From Paramecium tetraurelia (Eukaryota), in assembly GCA_000165425.1 (NCBI GenBank), contig CT868185.1:1-64000 (forward strand): 64,000 nt of DNA. Reading direction: 5' to 3'. A model generated the notes under the pieces. It worked only from the letters and a program-made list of their open reading frames with translations. It was not told where the DNA came from and did no database searches. Below, in pieces: positions 26,598 to 38,464 of this stretch; position 1 is the stretch's first letter, and each line of letters starts with the position of its first letter. Both the position numbers and the translations under genes were made by a program.

Positions 26598-29500
26598 TCA
26601 TTCTAATTATGATTCGATCTTCTATTATTCCTCTTCTAAATATTTGCCTACAAACTCTTTGGGTTTCTGATCTGATTGTATTTAAACTTCCTCTTCAAAT
26701 TGCTAGTTTAATGTTTCTCTTTCTTAAAATTCAAAATAAACTTGCTCTTCTTATAATTCAACGTTATAATAACCCTTTTCTGTTGCTTCTTGAGGTTGGT
26801 ATATTTCAGATTATTGTAAACTATCAGTATTTTAAATATCTCCAATGTGAGCTGCTTGTTCTTTTAAATTTGGAAAACATGTGATTTATTCAGTTAACTA
26901 TGGTTAAATGTCGTTTTAAAGTAATTATTCATTTTAATTTTATTAAATAATCGAGTTTATTTGCTCTGTCTTTGACATTTATTGAATTGCTTTAGTTTTC
27001 ATTTTAAAATTCTATTCATCTTCTTTTTGTTAATCTAATTCTATTTCAGGCTATTAAACCATCTAAACAATTTTAACTTCTGGTTCCTGCAATTGAACTA
27101 AATCTTATGTTTCATTTTATTGTTTCTCATCATTTTATTATTATTCTGATTCTGAATTGTCATCTTACCTTTATTAATTCCTAAGTTCAAAATTCTATTC
27201 ATCTTCTTTTTGTTAATCTAATTCTATTTCAGGCTATTAAACCATCTAAACAATTTTAACTTCTGGTTCCTGCAATTGAACTAAATCTTATGTTTCATTT
27301 TATTGTTTCTCATCATTTTATTATTATTCTGATTCTGAATTGTCATCTTACCTTTTATTAAATTCCTAAGTTCAAAATTCTATTCATCTTCTTTTTGTTA
27401 ATCTAATTCTATTTCAGGCTATTAAACCATCTAAACAATTTTAACTTCTGGTTCCTGCAATTGAACTAAATCTTATGTTTCATTTTATTGTTTCTCATCA
27501 TTTTATTATTATTCTGATTCTGAATTGTCATCTTACCTTTATTAATTCCTAAGTTCAAAATTCTATTCATCTTCTTTTTGTTAATCTAATTCTATTTCAG
27601 GCTATTAAACCATCTAAACAATTTTAACTTCTGGTTCCTGCAATTGAACTAAATCTTATGTTTCATTTTATTGTTTCTCATCATTTTATTATTATTCTGA
27701 TTCTGAATTGTCATCTTACCTTTATTAATTCCTAAGTTCAAAATTCTATTCATCTTCTTTTTGTTAATCTAATTCTATTTCAGGCTATTAAACCATCTAA
27801 ACAATTTTAACTTCTGGTTCCTGCAATTGAACTAAATCTTATGTTTCATTTTATTGTTTCTCATCATTTTATTATTATTCTGATTCTGAATTGTCATCTG
27901 ACCTTTATTAATTCCTAAGTTCAAAATTCTATTCATCTTCTTTTTGTTAATCTAATTCTATATCAGGATATTAAACCATCTAAACAATTTTCACTTCTGG
28001 TTCCTGTAATTAATCTATATCTTATGTATCAATTAATTATCTATGATCGATTTTACTATTAAGTCTCTTAAAATTTTATTACTATTCTGATTCTGAATTA
28101 TCATCTGACCTTTATTAATTCCTAAGTTCAAAATTCTATTCATCTTCTTTTTGTTAATCTAATTCTATTTCAGGCTATTAAACCATCTAAACAATTTTAA
28201 CTTCTGGTTCCTGCAATTGAACTAAATCTTATGTTTCATTTTATTGTTTCTCAACATTTTATTATTATTCTGATTCTGAATTGTCATCTTACCTTTTTTC
28301 ATTTCTAAGTTCGAAATTCTATTCATCTTCCTCTTATTAATCTAATTCTATTTCAGGCTATTAAACCATCTAAACAATTTTAACTTCTGGTTCCTGCAAT
28401 TGAACTAAATCTTATGTTTCATTTTATTGTTTCTCAACATTTTATTATTATTCTGATTCTGAATTGTCATCTGACCTTTATTAATTCCTAAGTTCAAAAT
28501 TCTATTCATCTTCTTTTTGTTAATCTAACTCTATTTCAGGCTATTAAACCATCTAAACAATTTTAACTTCTGGTTCCTGCAATTAAACTAAATCTTATGT
28601 TTCATTTTATTGTTTCTCATCATTTTATTACTATTCTGATTCTGAATTGTCATCTTACCTTTTTTCATTTCTAAGTTCGAAATTCTATTCATCTTCCTCT
28701 TATTAATCTAATTCTATTTCAGGCTATTCAACCATCTAAACAATTTTAACTTCTGGTTCCTGCAATTGAACTAAATCTTATGTTTCATTTTATTGTTTCT
28801 CATCATTTTATTATTATTCTGATTCTGAATTGTCATCTGACCTTTATTAATTCCTAAGTTCAAAATTCTATTCATCTTCTTTTTGTTAATCTAACTCTAT
28901 TTCAGGCTATTAAACCATCTAAACAATTTTAACTTCTGGTTCCTGCAATTAAACTAAATCTTATGTTTCATTTTATTGTTTCTCATCATTTTATTACTAT
29001 TCTGATTCTGAATTGTCATCTTACCTTTTTTCATTTCTAAGTTCGAAATTCTATTCGTCTTCCTCTTATTAATCTAATTCTATTTCAGGCTATTCAACCA
29101 TCTAAACAATTTTAACTTCTGGTTCCTGCAATTGAACTAAATCTTATGTTTTATTTTATTGTTTCTCAACATTTTAATTATTATTCTGATTCTGAATTGT
29201 CATCTTACCTTTATTAATTCCTAAGTTCAAAATTCTATTCATCTTCTTTTTGTTAATCTAATTCTATATCAGGCTATTAAACCATCTAAACAATTTTAAC
29301 TTCTGGTTCCTGTAATTAATCTATATCTTGTGTATCATTTAATTGTCTATCATTGATTTTATTATTTAGTTTATCATCATTTTTATTAATTGTTGTATAT
29401 GACATTTATTATCCTAAATCTAATTACTCTTACTCATTTTATCCTCTTTCTTTAAGTTATTTTGGAATCTCTTCACTCTTTTTTTAATATTCTTCATCAT

Positions 29501-32458
29501 TTTCTTATTAATTAAGACCGCTTCTTAATTCAAAGTTACTACAATCTTCGTTTTCCTAACTAATTTCTTCATTCTACGTGCCGTTTTATTTTATTTCTAT
29601 TTAATTATTAGGTATATATAAATTGGTCAATTGTTATTCGTTTTTCCCATTATTTTTTATTGTATTATTTGTTTGATTTTTTAAGTCGTTAATATCTTTT
29701 GTTAATTTTTCTTATTTTACTTGTGCTTATAAATTATATTCTTAAATTTCTAATGTTTTTTATTTTATTTAAACCTCATAAGTCTAATTTTCCTATTTCA
29801 ACTATTGTATCTATTCTATTAGTTAATTAACTTTAATTTTAAGTTGCTCAATCTCTTCTTTCTTTATAAAATCATTTTTTATTACTTATTATTAAAGCAC
29901 TTTTAATTATTCATCTTTTGCTATTAAAGATAACTATAAATCTTCGATTTTTTTTTAATTTTCACTTATTTCTATTATCTTCAATTTTTATGTATTAATC
30001 AAATCATCTATTTACTTTTCTAATTTACCATTATATTTAAATTAATTTTGTTATAATTCCTCTATTTCTTCTCTCTTTTTCTCAAGACTTTTCTAAAGGT
30101 CATCTTTTACGGCTTACAATTCATTAACCTTTTATTTTAGCTCTTCGTTATTCTGTTTTTGATCAAAAAATTATTTTTCCAATTTTTCTATTATTTCAGC
30201 GTCATCATTACTGTTTGAATGCAACAAATTTTCTAGATCTTAATTTTTTTGTTTTAATAATTCATTCTCATTTAATAAAACATCTTGATAATTTCCTTAA
30301 TTTTAAGCTTCTAAATTCTATTCCAGTTCTTAAATTTTCATATTTGATTTTATTATTTGTGATTCTTAAGTTTCTTATTCAGATTAATAAAGCTTATTTT
30401 AATCAAAAAGATGTTTATTCTGCTCCTTCAGTTAATTGATTTCTATCACTTTTTGATTGACTTCTTCTTCTAATTCTCCTATTTTTTCTTGTAATTTGTT
30501 TCTCTAATGATAAAGTTTTGAATTTTCATTTTCTAATTATGTAAAATTTGATAACTTTTCTTCTTCAATTTTTTGTATTTCTTTTTATTTAAGTTCAAAA
30601 TTGTTTTTTATTTGTTATTTTTCCTTCTCTAAAGAATTTATTTTTATTAGATTCTCTTCATGAATCCTTGTTAAATCATCAATTTCTATCTAACATTTTT
30701 ATAATTCTTCCGAAATTTCTTTAATTTAATTTTATAATTGAATGATATGATTTTTTAATTAAGATTTTTCAGTTTAGTACTCTTTATTTTCAGATTTTTA
30801 TTAAATTATAAATTTTTCAAAATCTTTTATATTTTAATTTTACTTTTCTAGTTTGTTTAACAACTATAATATCTCAACATCTTTTTAATTATTCGTCAAA
30901 TTTAATTATTCTATTTACTAATTCAAATCATTAATTTTATATTCCAATTCCACTAACTATGATTATTAATTTGATAATCTAATATTCTCTTATCTCAATT
31001 AATTTACTTCAGCTTCTTATTATTTAATTTTCATACATTTACTTTCTAGAACTTTATATCCTTCAGCATGCTGTTATTTTAATTCTTGATTATTCTTTTT
31101 TATTATCATAAGTTCTTCATTAATTTCTTCAAAATCCACTTATTAATTTAAAAGTTTTTCATTTTATTCCTATAATTCTATTACCTTCCTTTCATAATCT
31201 TTTATCTCTTATTCAAGGTAATTAGTTTTTGGATTATTCTAATATTCCACTTTTAATTAATTAATTTAATCTTCAAATAACTTCAATTATTATTTTAAAT
31301 CATGATTCTGAATTTTCTGTTCGTAGATTATCATTTAAAGGTTGTCATTCTCTTTTTCATAAGATGTTTCTTTCAAAAATTCTTTTGCTTGCTATTTTAA
31401 TTTCCCATTTTCTTCTTCTAATAAACTTATCTCTTAGAGAAATTAATTATTAAGATTTTCTAAATGCTGTAATTTTTCCTAATCTTGCTAATTTGTCTTT
31501 TTCTTTGATTCTCCAATTTAGATTTGTAAAGTATGGATTTATTTATCTTTTCCTTGTAATTGAATCTGTAAAATTTGAATTTCTTGATGTTTTTATTATT
31601 CAATCTATTAATCAAGAGAATTCATACATTATTGCATTTTTTTATTTGTTCATTCAATTTAGAAGTCTACAACTAAAGATTTAATTTTAACTCCTCTGTA
31701 TTTTTCTCTAACTCTTATATTTATTCTTGTAATTAACGAGTTTCAGCGTCTCTTTCTTCTAGTTTTATTGTCAAATCCTTAAAATAAATTTTCTGCTTAC
31801 ATTCATTTCATTGTTTTTCTCATTTGTCATGTTTTATAAATCTAGTGCTTTATAAAGGTTTTCTCTTTCATTTTCAAATCTAATTTCAATAGATTCTATT
31901 TCTCTCTAATATTATTCGATTATTTCTTCGTATTTCTTTCGAATTTAAGCTTATTCCTATTAAGATTGTCGAGATAAATGGGCTTAACGATACTAATATT
32001 CTTTAAGATTTGCAAAGTATTTCTCCTTCCATTATGATAATTCCTTATTCAAAACTGATATTTCTTCTTTATAATTGTCTTCAATAATTTAGACTTCATT
32101 CATTTCCAGAACAAATTATTTGATTTGAGATTATTAATAGACGATCTCCTTGTCTCTAGCTTTTAATTTTGCATCTTAGGAATCTATTCTAAATTGTAGT
32201 TCATCAATTTTCTTTTTTAGTTAAGAAACATCATTTTCTTTTGTGATTATAAAGCTTCCACTAGTTTTAGTTGATATCTCATATGATTTATTATTAACTT
32301 AGTATTGTTATCTAAATTGTTTTAATCAAATACCTGGAATTTCCTCTTTTTATAGAATCTCCCCTAGATCGGATATCATTTGCTTATCGAATCCCCACTG
32401 TAAGATCTTAAGAATTATTTTTGAGATGGCTTTCAAATAATAACTTCTTTCTATCCAT
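26598..32458 (-). CDS. Giant Q/E/K-rich coiled-coil protein with a 61-aa acidic tandem-repeat domain
   Basis: ATG 32458, long heptad-rich frame, repeat array at about 27004-29335, TGA at 26598-26600. Apparent indels at about 29176 (+1) and about 27355 (+2) in this assembly. Confidence 0.75.
27004..29335 (-). repeat. Coding tandem repeat, 183-bp unit, about 13 copies
   Basis: The unit marker TCTATTC(A/G)TC recurs at 27011, 27194, 27379, 27562, 27745, 27928, 28135, 28318, 28501, 28684, 28867, 29050 and 29234. It encodes NFELRNQQRQDDNSESEQQQNDEKQQNETQDLVQLQEPEVKIVQMVQQPEIELDQQKEDEQ. Confidence 0.95.
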
Positions 32459-32673
32459 TTAATTTGAATTATTATATTGTATATCAATTTAATTTAAGAA
32501 TATAATTGCAATAACATCTAATAAATTGACGTAGAATAATAAAGTATCATAATCATAAAACGTGACTACAAACTATTTATCATGAAAAAGATCTTAATTT
32601 CGTCATTTCTAAAATCTCAACCATTTATAATTACGAAAAGAATAAATGAAAATTATTAAATTAAATAATTGTA

Positions 32674-33809
32674 ATGTTCAACATGTTTTTTAAATAATAA
32701 ACTGAATTCGAGAAAGCCTTATCAAATAGCTCTATTTTGAATAATAAACCCTCATTGAGTATTGCAGACTTGAAACATCTGATTTAAGGTTTCCCTTAAC
32801 AGTCTTAATCAATGTGTCGAACTCCTTAATCAATAAAGAAAACTTTTTAAACATTTTTTTAAGCCCTACCGGAAAAGACTTCCTTTCGAGTAAAACTGAA
32901 AGTTTTAGCCACTTGCCATGTCCTTTTAGAAGATGGTATACACGGATAGTAATTTTCTGAATCCCTTCTAAGTTGGAATGGATTTCGGATTAAGTAAAAT
33001 AATATAAGCAACATAGGATTTAGAGATAAAAATCAAGATCAGGAGAAATTCGTTTAAATGTATTAGGAAATGCTAAAAAGATTCGCGTATGGATTTGATT
33101 TACTGAGGATAGCAAAATCGCAGTAAATAAATTCTTCAAATAGTATTTATCATTTTTAATTAAATTAGCTACTATTGATTGCACCTATTATTACAAGGCT
33201 ATTAATTTATTAAACCATATTTTCAGTTATTCGTAGGTATTCTAATTTAGGATTATTTTTAGTTTATTAAATATGTGTTTGAGACAGTCTAAGAGTTGAT
33301 TGTTGGCGAGATATTACTATTAATTTGGAATGATGTTATAGCAACATATTTATTTATTGAAAAGTAATAATTTGAGTAAATTTAGAATCATATTTCAATT
33401 CCTTGTAGATTATTAAATCATCTAAGCATCAATATTCTTTTAATTAAATGGCCTTATTCCAGAATTTATTAGATTAACATCTTAAATATAAAAGTTTTAT
33501 GAATCAAATTAAAATTTCTTGAATTTAAAATAATTTAAGGCGCCTGCATGGAAAATAATTGATTAAAAACTGTTGTAGGATTTAGAAAAATAGAATCAAA
33601 CATTAAAACTTTAAAATGCCAAAGATAGGTTGACTAAAAAATAAAGTTCAAAAGCATCTTCCTTAAGTACACTTTACTCTACCCCTTAACATCAAACGGC
33701 AAAGTCATTTTTATTTGGAAACACTACTTTTGGTTATATTAAAAGATTATCAACACTTAATGATCCTTTTGATGATATTGAAGAGATGACATAAGGTTTT
33801 AAGATTTGA
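32674..33809 (+). CDS. ANTH/ENTH-like (AP180-like) protein
   Basis: TEFEKALS...RVKLKVLATCHVLLEDG resembles the ANTH 'K.LI..H.LL.EG' helix. C-terminal DPF motif. Internal intron structure is uncertain. Confidence 0.5.
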
Positions 33810-33836
33810 TTAAAATGAAATAAATAAGTATGCTTT

Positions 33837-34657
33837 TCACTTTTAATTCTTATATTTTATCTCAGGCATTGCAAAATCATTTTTGATAACTAATTTATTA
33901 TTTTTTGCGTAGGTTACAATCTATGGTCCTTAGTAAGTTTTCCGTGGTTCGAACTATTTTTTAGAATTTAAAGTTGAATTAGCTCTTGTTGAATTTGAAC
34001 TTGTGATTTTTGGTTAACTTAATAAACCTGACTATCGTTATTGAACAGCCTATTGACCAACGATGTTAAGACCTGATAATTTTTTATCTTAAGTTTTTGT
34101 CATTTACCAGCCTTTCGCATCCTGTGGATTCTCACTTATTTTTAAAGAGAGGGGTTCTTTTTTTCCTATCCTTATTTCCTTTTCATAATTCCTTAATTAT
34201 TGAATAAATCCATAATTAGGTTATATAACGCTTCTCTTCTTTTTTACGAAATTAAAAGCTTCTTAAAAGGCTAACCCTTTTTTTTTCATCAAATATGCTA
34301 TCACTACTGAAGCAGACCTGGAGACACCTGCAGCACAATGCACTAAAACTGATCCTCTTTTTAAACCTTCAATTATTTAAGTGTTCGTGTCTTAAAATAA
34401 TCTTCCAATGTTTGCAGTTTCTGAATCTAGGATATGATATACCTTTCTGTATTTAGATTTACTACCTTGTGATTTATCCCAGGCTCTCTGTAGGCTATAT
34501 CTAAGCCAGTTGCAATAGTTAACACTGTTTTAATACTTTTTGATTCAAGCAATGTCCTGTCTAATGCTGCAGTAAAATCACCAAGCCAGAGGACATTATC
34601 ACCTTCTTCATATATAGGATTCATTTATTGATAACTGGAATCAAACAATCTAAACAT
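33837..34657 (-). CDS. Dual-specificity protein phosphatase
   Basis: LWLGDF, VLVHCAAGVSRSASVVIAYLM (HCX5R) and IQPNYGFIQQL. Confidence 0.95.
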
Positions 34658-35586
34658 TTTTGATAATTTATTTTATGATTATAATAAATGACATAAGTGA
34701 TTATTATGTCAAGTTGACGTACGTATAGATTTTTTACTTAAAACACCAGCATTCAAACTCATTCTTAAGGTTCTTATTTAGAAAAAAATTCTAAATATAA
34801 ATATCATATATTCATCTAGTTTAGAGGAAAATATCATTGAAAATATTATAAGGGTGATATCATAAAGAACAGAAATTTCATTAAAATTTCAAATAAATCT
34901 GTACAATTGGTATAAAAATTGATTTGTTATTGATTGTGATATAACTTCAATTATCTTATTAAATTGAAAGAAATCAATGAGAATTGCCCTTTTGAAGATT
35001 ACTTAGTATTTGGAAATATTAAATGAGTTGAAACAATAGTGTAAAAAGAATAAAATTGGGATCTATTCTCAGATTTGATTAAAATTAAATCAATAAGTTA
35101 AAATTATAATTTATTAGATAGGAATATAATAAAATAAATCTGAGAGTTAAGCATTTAGCAATTTCATTGATTTGATGAAACAATTTTTATTACAAAATAC
35201 AATTGTTCAAGAAAGCAAAAATGATGATTTCTATTTTTTTTTGTTTAAAGTTCCCCTATTTAGAATTCGACTTCCTTTGTTAAATTAAACGAGTTTTAAT
35301 GAATAAAAATTAAGGAGTCTTGATAAGAAATTGTTTACTATAAATATATAAATCATTAATTAATATATAGTATAATTGCATAATAAAATAAATTAAAATT
35401 CATAAATCATAAATCATTTGATCGATATTCCATTGATAGATGAGATATTATCATTTGACAACTATAAATTTGATTACTTTCAATTAATTTTTCCATTAAA
35501 AAGTTAATACCTCGAAGATTATTGAATACATAAAGAATAATTATTCGACTAATTGAGAATATAATAAATAATAAATCATTTCTTTA

Positions 35587-37606
35587 ATGGAAATTTTAAC
35601 TACATCTAACCAAATCAATGAATGTAAGAATAATGAGACGATAAAAGGAACAAAATAATTTCGCTCTAAAAACACCTAACTAGATAATTAAAAAGAAAAA
35701 TCCTAGCCTGAATGCAAAAAAGATTCAGAAGGAACTAATTAAGGGAATGTATCAAGTTTAGTTTAAATTAATAGAGTAAGGCAATATCAAAAAAAAAGAG
35801 CGATGAGTATGAAGCTAATACAATTATAAAAAACATAGTATGTTTATCTTTGAGTATTGTTAATGAAGAACTTTAATTTAATTGTTAATAACAGATTTAG
35901 TAAGAATAAATTTCTGAACATCGTAAAGTTTTATAAATTTGTGATTAAGAAGATATTGACTCGTTTTAATTACCCCCAACAGACTAATAATTTCCTTAAT
36001 AAAAATAAAAATCTCATAAAAAAACAAAGAACAGAAAGAATAAAAAAGATCCCTAGGCAAGAATATCAAAAAATTAAACACTCACATAAAAATAACAACC
36101 TCAATAACCTCCAATTCAATAACAATCTAAAGAAAAATAATTTCATTAACTTTCTCCTCAAGAGTCTAATAAAATAAAACAGCAGATAGCATAGTCGAAG
36201 ACAAGAAAACAGCCTAGTATCACCTAGATAGAAAAGTGCGAATAGGAAAATAAAAAAGATTCTGCTGACTTTGATGCTTAATTTAGTCATGTACTTTATT
36301 AATACTATGTTAGATTGGAGCAAGAAGTACAACTGCTGGAAATTCCTAATCTGAATCAGATGATTGTCTTTAATAATCAGATGAAAATAAATAAAGCGCA
36401 TAAAAATTATCAAGCAGAGATAAACCAAAGAAAAAAAACTATAATAACAATGGAGAAAAAGTTGGAGATAAATAATATCCTCATTCCACATAAACAACAC
36501 CAATTAAAAGAAAAAAGTTAAATTTAACAAAATCCAAAACTCATGACATTGATGAATTATCTAGTGCTATTCTATAAAAGAGCTATCAAAATAGAATCAG
36601 AAAATAAATCTGTTTGAATAGACTTAATTATCTTATCTATACCAATTACCATCTCAATATGTACCCTTATGGATCCTTTGAAACTGGTTTAGATTTGGAA
36701 ATAAGTGATGTAGATGTTGGTGTTTGGGGATCATAAAACTTAAGCTATGCTTAGATAGTAAGTTTCTTATAACTTTTAAATAATACATTAAAGTAGACAC
36801 CCTTTTTAATTAAATCAAAGTAAGAATTTTAATAATAACAATTTAGATTGATTCAAGGTCAAATGCCAATATTGAAATTAGAATTAAATCCAAAATCAGG
36901 TTTTTATGATGAGGATTAACACATTCAATAGAACTGGTCGTATTTTCATTTAGATCACAATGATTAAGGTATAATTATAATAGTAACCCTTTAGGAAGAA
37001 TTATTTAGGTGGATATAACTTGGATTTACTAATCGAGCAATGTATATAATAATCCTCATTTGGGATTTGCCTCAACAACTATTGTTAAAGATTGGATTCA
37101 TAGATTTGTTTGGTATAGAGATATTATGTTAATTCTGAAACAATTAGTTAAATCAAAAAATTTAAATGATGCCCACACAGGTATTTTATGCATATCTATT
37201 TTAATAGGCGGAATAAGTTCCTTCTGTTTATCAATAATGTTAGCTGCAATCTATATGTGTAAGCATTACACTCAAAATGATAAGAAATAAATTCTTCTTG
37301 ACTTTTTAAAGAAGTATGGCACTCAATTCGATCCATTAAAAGAGGGCATTTACATTGACAGTTATGGGTATGCAATAAGTCTAAATTAGTTAACAACATC
37401 CATTTATAGCTTTGGAAGAATGTCCTCCTTATAATCCTCTCACAATTTATTCACCTATCAATTATTAAATCATTTCTCAAAAAGCTCATAGATTTTTAGA
37501 GATCTAAGAAGAATTTAAATAGTTCTATGAACACTTGACTAAATCTAACAAAATTTAAGACTACTTTGATTTCCCTTTATAAGTGAATTAACCATTATTT
37601 ATATGA
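35587..37606 (+). CDS. Non-canonical poly(A)/poly(U) polymerase (Trf4/PAPD5/Cid-like nucleotidyltransferase)
   Basis: PYGSFETGLDLEISDVDVGV (GS + DxD), MPILKL, QVDIT (third Asp), LNDAHTGGISSFCLSIM and a PAP-associated-like LTIYSP. Long Q/N/K-rich N-terminus. Confidence 0.85.
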
Positions 37607-37636
37607 TTATATTGTGACTTATATTTATAATTTTAA

Positions 37637-38213
37637 TCAGTATTCATCTAAGGCTTTATGAGTTTTTGAAAAGGCGACACTTGTATTTAAACCATCGAAT
37701 TTATAAGTGTTTCCTAGAAATCCTGAAGTAAATTTAGCATCTCTAGGGTAATACTTTTCAATTAATTCAAAGTTAGTAGGATTCAATTACCCATATTACA
37801 TATTCGAAGTTTCGTATATAGGTAGGCCTATATAAGTAACTCAAACTTCATAATACCAACATTGAGTCCCAAAGGTGGTTTTTTGTATTAATCTTCTTTT
37901 ACAGGAAAAGGTTTTGGAGGTACTTTATTATCGATTTTTCTTCTTTGTTTCTAATCTTCAGTTTCCTTCTTTTAAGATTCCAGGCTGATCTGTTATGCGA
38001 CCAATTTATTTTTTATCAATTTTTCTGCTCGTTTGAAATCCTAATATTGTAAATTAGCTAAATTACTTGCATACTTCTAACGATTTCTGCATAAGTAGGA
38101 ACTGGAGCCTCATTCACTTTGATTTGCTATTATCCTTAATGTAATAACCAACCTTATCCATATTATGAGTTGCAGGTTCTATATTATGCGGAATTAGATC
38201 TAGTGGACTACAT
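37637..38213 (-). CDS. Small hypothetical protein
   Basis: ATG 38213, one tiny intron, open table-6 frame to TGA at 37637. Confidence 0.6.
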
Positions 38214-38464
38214 GTTATTAATTATAAAATATAAGAGAAAATTGGTTAAAGCCTGAATTATAAACAATATAAAAATGATAATTTAAATTTAAAATTATAC
38301 AAAGAAAAGTTGCTTAATTTATATACAAAAAGGTTATTTCCCTTTGATTTACACTACTGAAGTTATCTTACATTTTATAAGAAAACAGAAAATATTATTT
38401 GTTTTCGATGTTTTATAATACTTCAGAATAAATTCGTCATATATTTAAATTAAATTATTTTACA

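Noticed and set aside
27004..29335. CRISPR-like or non-coding satellite array
   Set aside because: The units are contiguous 183-bp (3n) repeats with no unique spacers, and they translate as part of a long CDS.
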